Notes: generated by a model from the letters alone, not told the origin. Shown: positions 35,506-49,683, counted from the whole stretch's first letter. The stretch is 63,853 nt of DNA, filler included, from Cystobasidiomycetes sp. EMM_F5 (GCA_051047955.1; 7 parts of 7 records of this genome joined end to end with filler, not necessarily neighbours in it), one strand, 5' to 3'. Program-made: numbers and translations.

Positions 35506-38500
35506 ATGACAGACGGATCGCAGCCTGCACCGCTGCCCGCCCATTCGTCCGAGATGGCCCACCGACGAGAGGCCAGCTCAGTCGCAAGGATGGACGACGA
35601 GCCAGAGCTCGAGCACAAGTCAGACCGGCCCATGTCGTGTTCGCTGTGTCGCAAGAGGAAGATCAAGTGCGTCCGCGTGCCGTCGAGGTAATGACCGTAG
35701 GATCACTTTATCTGATACATCTGCTGGCTCCTACAGATGTAACAGGCAGTTTCCGTGCGAAGCGTGCATCAGCCGGGGTCTGCAGGCGCAGTGCATGCCA
35801 GTAGAGCCCTCGGACAGAAAATATACCAGGTGATTCGCAGGGCTTTCCTGGGGAAAACCTGGAGACTGTGGGCGACTGCTGACGGATCTCCAAACGCTCG
35901 TGTCGTTTGCAGAGGCTTCTATGTCCTGCAGTCAGAGCACGACAGCCTCAAAACTCGGCTCGAGCAATTGCAAGAACACGTCAACGCTTTGTCCCGCTTG
36001 ATTAGCGTGACGCATCACCCGTCAATCCCCCAACAGAGCATGGCAGTGGAAGCGGCAAGTTCCACTCCATCGTCTGGTTCTGTCTTCAAGCCGCAAGCCT
36101 GGGAAAGACAGCCTCAGGATGAGCCTCCTGTCAATCTGCAACCTGGTCGCCCATTGCAAGAAGGCAGTGCTGGTAGTCGGGAGGACGCTGTTGGTGTCCT
36201 CGAAGAATTGGCTATGGGTAAGTTATTGCAGCACATTCCCTTACATCGCGTCGGGACAATGTATCAATGTTCGCACGACTCGCAGGGTTTAGGGAAGATG
36301 CTCCTGCAACCGATCCTGTCTCAAATTACAGCAACGCCGAGTCGAGCTTAGGCATGCGCGCGACTATTAACCGTAGTACGCACGGCCCTTGCAGACTACT
36401 GCTTGGTGGCAGAAGTTGTATGGACGCGGCGCGCGCTAAGCTACCTTCTCATGAGCAAACCATTGCCTTGGTGGACTTTTTCTTTTCTGGTGTCAACTGG
36501 CACCTACGTGTGAGTATGATTTCAAGAGTAGCATCAATGTGCATGATATGTTGACGCGCCCTCGCCGTATAAGACGCTTGATGAGTCATCATACCGGACT
36601 CAAGTGAGTCCGTGCTCTTCGCATAACCCGCAGCCAGGGCAACTTACGCTACCGCTTATACTTCTGTATGCAAGCTTCACACTTCGACATTGCTTTCAAA
36701 CACCGATGTGGACCAGAGGGGCTCACTATCTCCTAGCTTTCTGACCTGTCATCTGGTGGTCCTGTGTTTATCTGCGCATGTCATGGACACTTTCACGGCA
36801 TCCGTCTATGGCTGGAGTCGAGCAGACCTCAGTCAGCGAGCTCTGTCGTGGTTTGAAGCAGCTCAAGTAAGGCACACTCGTTACATTTCCCGATCTAGTA
36901 GCTTTTTGCATGGCTTGCAAGAACACCGCTCACCAGCTCAGCAGCTTGACCGAGCAAGATGTTTTCAGAGTTCTGTTCCGTATTGCTGACGCTATTGCAA
37001 ATCTTCGTTTAGGCTGTTCTCTGGTGTTCCGATTTTATGAGTATGGTGCATTTCACATTTACATGTCGTTCTCGATCTAATTTTTCATCAAGACAATCGG
37101 TCTTTGGAGTATTTGCAGGCCGTCGTTCTCATGGCTACGTACCAAATTAGCGCAATCTCGGGTGGAGCAAATTCCTACTGGGCTGCCACCGGGTTAGGCG
37201 TATCTCAGTACGGGAGGCCAACGCTGACTTTTTTGATGTTTAGAACAGCTATCAAGATTGGTCAGATGCTCGGTCTGCCGAGATTAGGTCCAGAGCAAAC
37301 TGGAAAGGTCTGGCCACATGCGTGGAGCGACCCAACACGCCGCGAGATAGGCCGTCGAGTGTGGTATAATCTGGTATGTTACCGTTACACCTCCGGCTAG
37401 CGCGGCTAATTGTATCGTACCTCGCTTAGATGTCCATCGATTATACCTTTGCACCTTCTTTCTGCCGGAGTTGTAAGTCATGCTTGAACAAAGAGGAGCA
37501 GAATAGCCTGGCTCTGAGCACAGTCGGCGTGATTCTGCCCAATCGCCATTAGATGCCATCCACCCGGACCAAAACTCTTGCGCGTTCCCTCACAATATCA
37601 ACGATGCAGATCTCACACTATCTCCTCTGGGCATAAAGCCGCTTTCAGAGTACACTGTGAGCATGCAATGCGGTCTTCGCTTGCTTCAACGCGGGGACTG
37701 AAGGACGATGCGAAATATATTTAGGATGGAACTTTTCAGCTGTTCAGGGCCAAACTCATCGTATTTCAACGTGAGATGATCGACAACGAGAAGTTCGCAA
37801 ATGCAAACTATGTAAATTTGTAAGGGTTCTGCACAATCGGCTTTTCTGCTATTGCTACCTAACCACCTGTTACCTAGAATGGACGGAAGACTTCGTGACA
37901 TGGCTCTTTCAAGACCTGCGATACTACAAAGGCCAGATCATTTCGATTGGACAGCATCTCGGAATGTAAGTCAACTTTGTGAGGCAAGCATCGTCTCCCG
38001 TCAAGCGACTCAAGCCGCATTACAGGCTGCCAGGGAGTGTTTCGTTCTAGAAATGCTATTCGAACACCGCTTTTTGCGCCTGCATAGACCTGGACTGTTA
38101 CGAGGTGTGGTTGCATCGTTGCACATGCGACTCGCGCTGATTCTCGTCACGATATCCAGCTTTCGCAAAACGAGAGTTCGATTACTCTCGACACCGCTGT
38201 CTACTAGCAGCAAGATCCACGCTCGCTTTGTTGGGCAAGGCTATTGCAGTCGTTCCCGAGATCTTCAACTTTTGGGCTTCCATTTATTTCGCGCTGTCCG
38301 CTGTACGTCAGCGATATATTCATGAATCGCTTACATGACTCCAAGTCTTCTGCTAATTGGGCTGCCCTATTACCATGTATAGATACTCGTAACATTTTTT
38401 GAACTCGTCATGGAGACGGAAGCTGCACATAGGGACACCATCCGTGCGATCCTTAACTCCAGCTCCGACATCTTAAGGTGACTTTACAGTTCGCTGATAC

Positions 38501-39097
38501 GAATGCAGACTGATTATCCTGCCGAGCGCATCAGGCCTCTCGCTCCTGCATCTGCGCTCGCTCGCCGGACTGTTGCTCTGTTAAGCAATCTGCTCGGTAG
38601 GCAACCAACAATTCTGCCCTTTCATCCTTAGTGTACTGACTTCCTAGTCTAGGCATGGAAAATGTGATTCGCAGCGCCATACCGGCCGTGACGATTCAGT
38701 CAGATACAGGAGACAATGCGTCAGGTATTGAGCACTTCTCGCAGTCTCCGTTAATCGAAATAATATCTCGTCTACCTGTGAGGAGTTAATCGCCGTCTTG
38801 TAAGATCGCTCGAATGCTGACCAGTCGATTTGCTACGGTTAGCCATTGGAAATCATTGGAAGCGGCCAAAGTCGGCATGAACAACTCGCTGAGACGGAGG
38901 ATGATAGTCTGTTCCTGCGATTTACAGAAGGCTCACAGCTGCGAACCCTAGACTACTCAAACATAGAACGAATCACTCCGAGCGATCTGGCAAGTCACGA
39001 CCAGAGTTCCACCTTATCTTCCATGGAGTTTGATCGCGCAGACGACCTTTTCCGCATCAACACCTTCCTAGATGATTACCTGTCGGCATTACAGTAG
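35506..39097 (+). CDS. Zn(II)2Cys6 fungal transcription factor with middle homology region, many introns
   Basis: SCSLCRKRKIK/CNRQFPCEACISRGLQAQC; AVGVLEELAMG; LEYLQAVVLM; AIKIGQMLGL; REIGRRVWYNL; FLRLHRP. Confidence 0.88.
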
Positions 39098-39793
39098 CTT
39101 TGTGATGGCTAGGCGGCTCTTCAATGCAACCGACAATTGCCCTGTGCGCTCTCGTCGATTTCTATCTTTTCTACGAAGGCGCAGGACAACATAGATTGGC
39201 TATTTCACGTCTTTGATATGCTTTCAGGATGGAGGTACAGGTGAACAATTGGCGACTATTTCCAGTATGGGCATGTAACCGGAGGGACGTGGTGAGATGG
39301 ACTTCAATTCAGATTCTTTTGATCGATATTGACCGGTATGTTGTAGCAAATCGTCGCAGTACCCCTCGCGTACGTTTGTAATGGCCGTTTCATGTTATGA
39401 AATGACACTGACTAAGCATTGATGTCAGCCGCACCCGGTACCGGCCTGCAGAGCGATTAGCGATTACCCCGGACTGCTGTACACTCTGAACCGGTTATGT
39501 AATACAAGCATCTCGAGTGCCGAAAGTACCCCGCTTACAAGCTGCGAGGTGATGGACGCACCGGCACGGCAGCCCTCCGTACGGGGTCGGCGGGTCCGAC
39601 AAGGGTCCGATGGTGCGGCCGAATGAAGCCGAGGCCTCCGCATTGTGATATTCGTTTATCTGATAAGTTCCCACTTTCAATTGCTGTATGCGTACGGTTC
39701 TGTTAATTGTGGACAGCAACCAAAAGCCGACAATCGACAGGCATTCATATCGATCTCGAGGAATACAACCCAACGCACCTCCGCACACCAATT

Positions 39794-41091
39794 ATGTCTT
39801 TCGATTTCAGCGGTTTCACGGATTCTGTGTATGCACAAGCTATCGATGAATTGTCATGATCCGCCAGGTGACTCTGAATTAGTACAGCATCAATGCGATG
39901 GGACCGCAGACTTCGCCCCGAGTCAGGAAGGTTGGTGAAGCTCCTAAAAATCGAGAGCTTCTGATGTTAACATACACATTCAAGGTCTTTCCGATCATGA
40001 TCCGCAAGATACACGAATTCCTCATCGAGGCAGATATCAGCATGGAAGAATGGATGGCTGCTTGCAATCTAATGGTTGCAGCCGGAAAAGTCTCTTCGGA
40101 TGCCCGCAACGAAGTTGTTCTCGTTACAGATGTATTCGGTATCGAGTCGCTATGCGGTAACAACAAATTGCGTTTGTATGATTACCGAACGCCTTTGATT
40201 CCGATTGTGAGCAGACACTCTGGATCAGACTCGTGCAGAACGTACGTCTGTTGGAGAAGACGCCACCTCGCGCGTGAACAGCACGACTTTGTCTGCAATA
40301 CTGGGTCCTTTCTATCGCGCTGGAGTACCCGTTCAACCGAATGGTACTACGATTGTTCGACAGGATGAGCCCGGTGCTCCATACACCTATCTGCACGGAA
40401 CTGTGTATGGGTTCGATGGAAAGCCCTTGTCTGGAGCCCTTGTTGACATTTGGCACGATGCTGTACGTCTCTGTGGCTACAACCGCCATACTACATCTGA
40501 CATCTCCCTGGACGGTTTGCCCATCTTTCGCATGCGTATTAGCCCGATGGTCTGTACGATGCACAATCACCAGAAAAGCCCGCCTATCACTGCCGAGGAA
40601 GATTTGTCACGGATAATGATGGAAATTACAGTACAATCTGCCTTAAGCCCACACCTTACCCAATACCATTCGATCATCAAGCGGGACAGCTTTTGAAGAT
40701 GATGGATCGCCACCCGTATCGACCAGCTCATATTCACGTACATTTTCGTGACAGATTGTTACATCTCGGTCCTGCGCCAGTCTCATAGCTGACGGTCGTT
40801 CTCACAGTTTTGGGTCGAGGCTGAGGGTCACAAGACGCTCGTTACACAGGTGTTCGATTCTGAATCCAAATGTAAGGCTATGGAAAGCCCTACCAGGTAA
40901 TGGAAGGTTTCTGACTTGCACTTCCCTTTGCCACAGATCTGAGAGACGACTCCGTCTTCGCTGTCAAGAATAATTTAGTTGTGGAGTTCAAGCCCATCAG
41001 GCCGGACTTTCCAGCTCCTCGTAACATGGAGGGCAAGATGAAGTACGAGCTGAAGCAAGATATACACCTTGCCCGCTCTCATACGCAGTAA
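39794..41091 (+). CDS. Intradiol ring-cleavage dioxygenase (catechol/hydroxyquinol 1,2-dioxygenase type)
   Basis: INAMGPQTSPR; EVVLVTDVFGIESL; SAILGPFYR; VDIWHDA/PDGLYD; PTPYPIP; MDRHPYRPAHIH (Fe ligands); DDSVFAVK. Confidence 0.92.
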
Positions 41092-41569
41092 ACTGCAGTC
41101 GTCTTGCGTCCCGGCATTGGGGTATCTGTGGCTGAGGATGTCACTGGTCATGGAGCAGCCGCACTTTGAATATCTATCAATACCGTTCGCGGCGGGGTGC
41201 TGCAGGTGGAGAGCCATAGATGCGGCATCCTCGTGGAATCGTAAATGCCCAATATTGGGTAATGTCGGCCGCGCGTGTGATATCTGAGCAATCTAGCTTC
41301 TCAGGTGGCTAGCGTTGTAGCGCCATACTCTAGCCGAGCATGTTAGTAGCCGCACTGCGCACTCGTACAGCCCACTAAGTTATAAGTTCTTTTGCTCGGC
41401 CTCAGATTCTGGGGAACGCGGTAATGGCATTGGTGTCAACGATGTAAAAGCAACGNNNNNNNNNNNNNNNNNNNNNNNNNNNNNNNNNNNNNNNNNNNNT
41501 TAATTAATTAANNNNNNNNNNNNNNNNNNNNNNNNNNNNNNNNNNNNNNNNNNNNGACTGATCTGGCAG

Positions 41570-41977
41570 CAATTGGACAGGCGGCTACGGGGAAGACCAT
41601 CCGGCCAGGATTACAGACGATTGGGACGAAGACTACGAGGGCGAGGCCATGCTGGCTATACAATATCGGCAGGTCTGTGCAAACGCTGAAGGTATCACGT
41701 GTTATGATCTACTTGACGCTGCCGGACGAGTGTAAGTCTCATGAGCATGAAGTACACTCATCCTTGCTGACGTTCCCACAGACCTGGAGTGCCTGTTAGT
41801 CTAGCCGACGATTATCCTCTCGTATTCCGTGGCATGTTAGATGATCAAATCCGACAAAGCTTGCTATGGGTGCAGATGATGCCTCCAAAATCTGCATTCA
41901 GTGGACCGTACACTCCCGCTTCCCACGCTGAACAAATTCTATCCGATGTAGTGGAATACAGAGCGGATGGAAGTTGA
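41570..41977 (+). CDS. 3' exons of an unidentified gene (cut by contig start)
   Basis: After a CTGAT...CAG acceptor: NWTGGYGEDHPARITDDWDEDYEGEAML...LLDAAGR, an intron, then PGVPVSLADDYPLVFRGML...DGS*. Confidence 0.5.
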
Positions 41978-42216
41978 CGCACGGTTCAGCATACCACTGA
42001 CAGTCGCTCGTTTGTATACGGTTTGAACGCGTGCACAATAGCTGCAGCGGAGTCCGACATGGTCCGCTATATTTTCGTATAAAGTGCGCTCTGCTGCACG
42101 CCTTCATATACGCGTAAAGCCAAAAAATGCGCCACATGGTCAGTCATACTAGACCACGCAAAATTTTGGGAACATTGCTGCTGCGCTGGCTGCCGCGAGA
42201 GACGACGGACAGCAGA

Positions 42217-42869
42217 ATGGCAATCGGAGCGTTGTTCGCAAGATTGGACATTTGCTGTCTTATCCTGTCGCATTTAGAGTTCTCCGAAATAGCGCGAAAC
42301 TCCTTGCAGTTAATCAATCGAACTACCTATCGAGCGTGGAAACAATCTGCACATCAATTATGCGTTCTTCCGAGGAAGCCTCACCCTCTACTCCGCTCAG
42401 TGCCGTACTGTAACCATCGCGGCGCAAACACCTCGACTGTGACCACACTCCATGTTGCAACCGAGGACTGGATCCACTGGCTCAGGCGCTGAACATTCTC
42501 GAGAATCTAGTGGATTTGTCCATTTCGTCTCAATCGGTCTTAGGGCTAGTCCCTCGCAAGTCCTTGGCCTGCTTGCGGTACTTTCAAGTACACTATCAAA
42601 ATCGGGGCTTTCTCAACTACAATGCCAGATGTCCTCTAGTCCCCAATACGTCTGTCTTGGAGGAAATTTCGTTCAGGATGAGTCTGGGTCGTGACTTCCT
42701 CCAACCCCCTCGTGTCGTCAGCAGGTTCATCTCTGAGGGTACTCTGTCTGGACAAATGTCCCTTATACTCGTACGACAGTCAGGTTTGGTCGCGCCTCTG
42801 TTCAAAAGCATCACAACTGCAGCATATTACTCTCCTAAGCGCCGGTCACGGATACCACGGCTTGATTAG
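42217..42869 (+). CDS. Possible F-box-like hypothetical protein or relic
   Basis: LFARLDICCLILSHLEFSEIARNSLQLINR resembles an F-box helix pattern; the exon structure was not resolved. Confidence 0.25.
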
Positions 42870-43217
42870 GGCATTACCCACCCGCTTCACTCATCAGCTT
42901 TACGATAACATGCAAGTCACATTGTTGCTTTGCGGAAGTCATCAAGAGCGTGTCAAACTACGCAAGGTTACCGTTACTGCGCGAATTGGAATGCAAGCTG
43001 GATATGGCAAATGATGCGCTGTGTTGTCGTTTCGAGCCGTGTCGTTATGCAGCAGTCGAACCCTTCTCACACGCAATTGAAAGGCGAATACAACTGCTTA
43101 AAAAAACATGGGCACGTGATTCTACGTAGTGCCCCATGATAGCGGAATTTTAAGCGAGCATTGTATAGTATTACAGGATCTACCAAACCATAACGTCTGT
43201 AGAGGGCAATACCCGGA

Positions 43218-43908
43218 TTATTGAAGCTTTTGCGCCTTGAAAGCACTGCCAGTATTGCCAGCACGAGTTATGACCGCGACGATCCGACCCAGCATATCTA
43301 TCGCCATCAACTAACGTCACATGGAACATGTACGGTCAGCTATATCACGGATGTCCATGCTTCGCAAAAAGAACATACCACGGGTGTGACTAGATAGGGC
43401 AGATACGCGCTCATCAAAGTGCGATACTGCTCTGTTGTCAAATTGCCGGAAAGAGCGTTGACCTCGGCGACACAAGCTAGGGTGGTTGTCGCGCCGTGTG
43501 CGGAATACAGTAGCAAGAGCGGCCAGACTCGTTTGTCGTCTAAAGACGTGTCTCAGCAATCTTTGATTATGATTTGGGTATGCTCATCCCGCGCTTACTT
43601 CTCCAGAGGGCGATACTTCCAAATACAAAGATTGGCAGCTGTATCAGCATTTCGCAGACGTTGAATGCTCGAAACCACGCGAACGCTGGCGATTTGACAT
43701 TCACAATCAACGGATCGTTCGACATCCTTACCCACATCGCTGCGAGATGTGAGAAGGACTTGGGAGTCAGATGCGGGGGTAGGAGAACGAGTTGGGCGTC
43801 GATGAGGACTGTTGCGGGGATGTGCATGACGAGGTAAACAAACCAGAGGCAGTCGAGTGGGCGTTTTCTCAACGGGGCGCGCGGGTGAGCACTGAGTGAC
43901 TGCGACAT
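43218..43908 (-). CDS. EXPERA-domain membrane protein (TMEM97/sigma-2/Ema19-like), 3 exons
   Basis: RPLDCLWFVYLVMHIPATVLID; DPLI...WFRAFNVCEMLIQLPIF; LLLYSAHGATTTLAC; YLPYLVTPV/LMAIDM. Confidence 0.85.
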
Positions 43909-44082
43909 GATTGACGTGAGCCAGCGCAGTATTTCAAAGTCAGAAGTCAGTCTGATCTTGCAATTGAAGCTGAGGCAACCATCATAAATTTACGCGTTGT
44001 TTCTTGTTTACACGACAATTGATCGCGCAACACCATGGACGCAAGCCAACCGCGCTGAGCTGGCAGCATTCAGCACGTCGAG

Positions 44083-45614
44083 ATGTCGTCTGGCCGCCCG
44101 CGTCTCCGGCGTGGTGCCCAGGTTGACCGCAGACGACGCAGAGCAGCGTCACTGGATCCGGCGGATGGTCGACGACTATCCAGCAACGTCGACGAAGTCA
44201 AGCGCAACGAGGACGACGTCGACGACGACAAGATGGTCTCGGAATTGATGGTGTGCAGCTTTTGACGCTTTATATTTCAGTTTCCGCCGGTTTGTGTTCC
44301 ATTATTTTCATCTTTATTTTCACAAAGTCCCAACCCTTTGAAGACGTTATTTACATACATCATAACCTGCCTCATGTCCCTCTACCCTTGAAATACCTTG
44401 TTCTGCGTTCATTCACTTTCTGAGCCATGCGCTGGGCGAATTTGTTTCTTTTCGTTACTTGATTCTGCTTTATTTTCGATTTTATTTTGTTTATTTTCTG
44501 ATCTAAGCGTTCTAATACCACGCAGGAACCTCCAGCAAAGCGGAACAAGAAGTATAAGCCGGCTGCGAATGTTTCAAGCGAGCTACACAAGCTTTCGGGA
44601 ATGTGCGCACGGGCCTCCTTGCAGGATGTTTCCAACCATACCCGACTGTCTCTCAGCATCTCGGTGAACGGCGCCGTAACCATTCCTTGCAAAGCTCTAT
44701 CGTCCCCGATCTTGCCTTCCCATACTTCTGCAAGTCTCGACGCCGAGCCGGAGGAAGATACACGATTGATGACCACTTCTGGAGCTTTTGCGTTGCCACT
44801 ACCTCGCTTGCCAACCCTGGATACTTATGACTTCGAGCAGCCAGCAGTATCTAAGCCAGTGCCCGCGGTCGCTAGGATCACTGCGAGACCTATGCCAGAT
44901 CTCTGGTGGGCTGGAGAAGTATGCGTGCCTCAAATGTTGACATCGACACCTGCTCCTCGTCGCACTCTCCCTATCCTGTCCACACGTCCCTCTATGAGAT
45001 GTGCACCCACGTCTGAGGAGGATTCTGCTAGTCCCCAGCTGCCAGTCTGGAGCCATGTACCTCCCGTCCCCACCCTGACAAACAGTAGTAGCGACGAGAG
45101 CCTCATCTCGCAAATCAGTGGATCTTCATCTTTCATGCAACGATCTCGCAAGGAGGAAGCAAGATATGCGGATCTCTACTGTGTCGACGATCTGGCTCAT
45201 CTTCTCGAGAATAACGTTCGAGTATCCGAAAATCGAAAGAATTCTCGTAGACTCGCAGTCGCTCCACTAGCTTCCTCACGTGCACAATCTTACGGCGCTA
45301 GCAGCGGCTTCGATGGAGACACATCCTCAGGCGACGAGCTTGTCAATCCTTCCTCCTCTTCGCTTACACTCCGTCAGAAAAGGACGTCGCAGCAGGGACA
45401 AACAAGGCACACCAGTGAATCGAAGGACCTGAAGATCAGGAGAAAGCGTATACACTCGATTGCGTCAACGCGTCTTGTGACAACGGAAGGTACTACAGAT
45501 AGCACGCTGAAGCAGAAGAAGCGGAAGCAGATCGCCAGTGCAGCCAGCAGTACCAATGCGCTGTCGGAGAGCAAATCAGGTGAGCATTCTGTCCATCTTC
45601 GTAATGCAGCATGA
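44083..45614 (+). CDS. Hypothetical Ser/Pro/Arg-rich low-complexity protein
   Basis: 337-codon open exon at 44601-45614 and a probable first exon at 44083-44250 ending at a GT donor; no domain recognised. Confidence 0.45.
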
Positions 45615-45899
45615 TCTAGGAACCCTTAATGAAGTGGGTCGACAGGTTTGCCAGTAGGAAATGGCAATGTTATACACGAAACGCCACGCGTAGCCAATGC
45701 AAGTGCAAGCTTGGACGACTTTGCTGTGTGGACGCCGGCCCACAAATTCGATGTCTGAACTCACCATCGTCATTTACGATAGATACATAAATGCATACAA
45801 GTCGTGCGCCCACGCCGTGAAAAAAAATTGGGGAGATGAACGCTCAATCCACTCATAGTCTATGTAACTGGATTGTATACGCTGCACACAGGCGAAGCA

Positions 45900-46641
45900 T
45901 TAAATGCCCTTCTCCAGGTCCTTCAAATCCATGAGAATCTCGCCGTTTGGCCCCATCTTCAGATAAGCGACTTCGTCGATAGACTCGAGTTTCTCTTCAA
46001 GCATCAGCTTGCCATTCCCGAACCAATCGATTCGGCTACTCTGCGTAGTCAAATACGTCAGGCCACAACCAAGATCGCTCTCTAATTACGTTTGTGCAGT
46101 GTTTGAACGAAACTTACAGCGTCCGACGTGAATACGTAGTCGGCATCATTGATGTTGGCGATGGTCGCACCGAAGTGCGCTACACTGCCAGGGTATGGCA
46201 CGTACAGCCGACCGCTATTGGTTTTGTCTATGCCAAGGTGTCAGCAGTGCGAAGACCTCAGCAGCAGGATCCGATGGCTTACACCAGGATCTACAGGTTC
46301 CACTCCAAACCCAATGAGGGTATCGAGCCTGCATCCATTCGTTCTAGTCTCGCTGAGCCTCCTCTGTAGGCATAAAAGTCCGGTAGTTTCTAGCAATCAT
46401 CCTGTCGACCATGTTACGGAGAAAAGTGCTGCACATCTGAGCTGTACTATATCCGTTGACAGCCGGAGTGCCAGGGCCTGATATGATTGCGAGAGTATGA
46501 GAATTCTGCAAGCTGACAATCAGATTTCGTTCCGGTTCATTAACCTTGACCTCACGGTTGGTGACGTTCCCCAAGAACGTAATAGGATACTCCGACCACA
46601 CGTCGGCAAGGTTTGGACCATTCAGCCCGCGAATTGGTAGT
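45900..46641 (-). pseudogene. Flavin-dependent Baeyer-Villiger-type monooxygenase, 3' fragment with premature stop
   Basis: LPIRGLNGPNLADVW; ISGPGTP; PTEEAQRD*NEWMQ; VWSGTCRSW/YKTNSGRLYVPYPGS; WFGNG. Introns intact, 5' portion absent. Confidence 0.8.
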
Positions 46642-46660
46642 CTTGCGTGGGAGCTTGCAG

Positions 46661-47030
46661 AGCGGCTAAGACAGTCAATATTGCACTCACGGAACAAGCC
46701 GCAGTGGATCATGGACCTGACGAGATCAGAGTCAACGAAATCCTTCCAGGCTTCATCAAAGTACGTACTGGTTGCAGCGTCCGATGTCCGCAGCTAAGCT
46801 GGATTTAAATCATCCTACAGACGCCTCTGTCTGCCGTATTAGCTACGGAAACCATGACAGCCGAACAAACAATGGATGCCTTCAGTAGCCTGACTTCATT
46901 GAAACGCTCGGGTAACCCTCTCGAGGTTGGCAAAGCCAGCGCGTTTTTAATCTCTGATGATGCCAGCTACATTACCGCGACCAGCTTGACAGTGGATGGA
47001 GGATATCTAGCCTGTGGACGAAGCATCTAA
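46661..47030 (+). pseudogene. Short-chain dehydrogenase/reductase, 3' fragment
   Basis: AAKTVNIALTEQAAVDHGPDEIRVNEILPGFIK/TP...LKRSGNPLEVGKASAFLISDDASYITATSLTVDGG; no N-terminal Rossmann exon. Confidence 0.8.
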
Positions 47031-47706
47031 TATATAGAACTCAGCATAGTATTGTCACTATTCCCATGGCCGTCTCCAGACTTGCTTGACCCGCAAAGCA
47101 ATTGGCGACATACCCGGCAGTCTCGTAGACAGCCGTGCGATACCCGGAAACTTCGAGCGGGCAGCATGTAGGCCTGTCGTGCGAAAGCGATTGTCACGGA
47201 AATACCCTTCCTCGCTAATCATGCATCCTAAACTTTGGAGTTAAATTGTCTGGTCAGGACTGCACCGATATCTTGAGGTAGCTGCGGTTCATGAGAACAC
47301 TTCTGTACAATCCGCCCAATTCGTCCTAATTCGCCCTGAAGCGAGCTCTGATGAGCTGCATCCGGTGACTTGTCAGCAACGCCCGTATGTCGGTGCCGGT
47401 GTATCAAATGGCTCATCGACAGGATATCCTGCATTCTCCCTCTCTATGCGTTGCGATAATGCAGAAACACGCGAAAGCATCAGAATCAGGGTTTCGCACA
47501 CGCGACCTAGCTCTCTCGTCAGCTGATTAGCTGTTTGGGCTCTGTAGCAGGCGATGCAGAGGTAGTCAGGTTTGCGCGAGATCCTCGCAATGGTCCTTAT
47601 CTCTCCATTTCATCGAAAGTAGCCAGTGCAGGCTGCCTAGTGCATATTCGCTATAGGTTTGTGGAGAGGCGTTCGGACTGGCCAGCGCTTATACCAACGC
47701 TTGGCT

Positions 47707-49375
47707 CTATCCTTGCAGCGGCAGACTGCATATCTCGCAATCAACAACCCCTGGCGGATTGACAAACGTGCAATGGGGGCATGTTATTTCTCCTTGAGTA
47801 CCACCTCCTGCTGCATTAGCGGCTTCCATTAGCTCTGGTGGAATGGCGAAGTCGTCCGCCCTTTGGCCACTTGTATTCGTTTCCCCTGCACCAGACTTGC
47901 GCATCATGTCGTGATCTTCGGGAATGATTGGGAAGCCATCGGCATCGAGCGGGAATTCTGGTGCGCTTGGTGCTGCACCAACGATATCGCCTCTGGCCCG
48001 AGCAGACGGTTTCGGGGCGTGTTCCGCAGCGATGGTAGCTAGCGTTTGCCATGCAGGGGACTTGAGAAGAGCTTCAATATCCTCCGCCTTTTTCGTTGTC
48101 GCTATTTTGGCTAGCAGCGCCATATCCACTTGATCGAAGATACCGACCGTATCCAGAAACGCTAACAAGTGCCAGTCGGATAACCATTGTGTGAGCGCTT
48201 TCGATCCGTCACTGATGTCTTCACGTTGCTTGCCCTTCAAAGCCGAAGACGGTGACGTCAGCATCTCGAAGCCATCTGCATCGAGGCGTTGAGGTAGCGT
48301 CTCTATTATCTTGTTCAAACTGCCCAAAGCCTTTTCCAGAGTCTGGTCTTCAAGGCCTTGTCGATTCTCAACCGGAAATGCAGAATTTGCAGGTGCGATG
48401 AAAAGCGGATTTGGAGTGTTCGGAAAGCCATTCGTAAGCTGTGAACATAAGGTTAGTGCAGGCAATATGTGGAGAAAGTAAAACGTCGTACAGAAACAAG
48501 GAGGTAGTCTGTTGGAAAGCATGGTTTTGCGCTTTCTTTCACTTGCAATTTGTACTCGTTGATGTAGGTGTAAAAGACGTCGGGGATATAGCGCTTCTTC
48601 GTGATGTCGACGCTAGCGCTCGTATCTTCTGTTATTCGAACGATACCGGGATCTACACTGGGTTCTACCATATCCGCTTCAACCAGGGCCATCCCCTGAT
48701 CTGACACTTGATACGCATCTACAGCAATAGCGCCTTCCAGGTTGCCCGTGACGACACAGGTTACGAATTTGGATGAAAAGCGTCCAGTGTCAGAGAAGCG
48801 GGAGGAATTTGGCCTTTGCATCTGTTGCTTTGCTGCGAACAGTGCTTCAAGAGATGAGAGAAAAAATGAATCTTTGTGCCGCTTTGTTATCGCTGCCTTG
48901 TCCTTGACACCGGCAGGAGGTGCAGTCAAATCCGTAAAGATCATGCCCACAACCTTGAGACCACACATCTGAGCCAGTGAGTCAATCTTTCCAGCATCTT
49001 CCCATGGCAGACCGAGTCGTAGCCCGTCGACGTCCCCTTCTTGCGGTGGCTCATGTATAGCTTCGACGACAGCCTTGACGCCCATTGGCACGATATCGTA
49101 GGCTTCGTACCGGCCTAAAAGCCAGCCAAAGCGTTGCATGCCAGTCTTTCGCCAGAATTTGAGCATATTCTCAATGAGGTCGGCCGACGCAAATTCAACG
49201 TGATCCACCATGCGGTACTGTTGTAACGCCAAGGTCACTGCTGAAGGCTGACATTTCGTACATATACCAGCTGGCCAAGCGGGGTGTGAGCCGGATGGAC
49301 AGGGAACTTTGACCTTGTAATCCGGCTGCGAGAGTGGCGGTATAAATGTATTTGAGGCAGCGGCGGTCGTCTTGT
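47707..49375 (-). CDS. NPL4: Nuclear protein localization protein 4 (Cdc48 cofactor), 5' end lost at contig edge
   Basis: HPAWPAGICTKCQPSAVTLALQQYRMVDHVEF; QRFGWLLGRY; VEAIHEPPQ; FSSKFVT; FPVENR; C-terminal NZF finger CPHCTFVN...CEIC. Confidence 0.95.
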
Positions 49376-49683
49376 NNNNNNNNNNNNNNNNNNNNNNNNN
49401 NNNNNNNNNNNNNNNNNNNTTAATTAATTAANNNNNNNNNNNNNNNNNNNNNNNNNNNNNNNNNNNNNNNNNNNNCTAGAACCGGAAGAAGCTGAGCCGG
49501 CGGATGAATCTTGAGCCGGATAGCCGTGTGTGCCGGAGGTACTTGTCTGTCGGATCCGAAGTCTGACTCGAACAGATGTCCGGGCGTTCGGCCAGTGTTC
49601 GAGTGTGCGACAAGCGAAGATGCGGTTGTTGAGGAGATTCGGGAGTTCGAGAGCCGAAAGTTCGGGTCGGGTGAGTGTACTTA

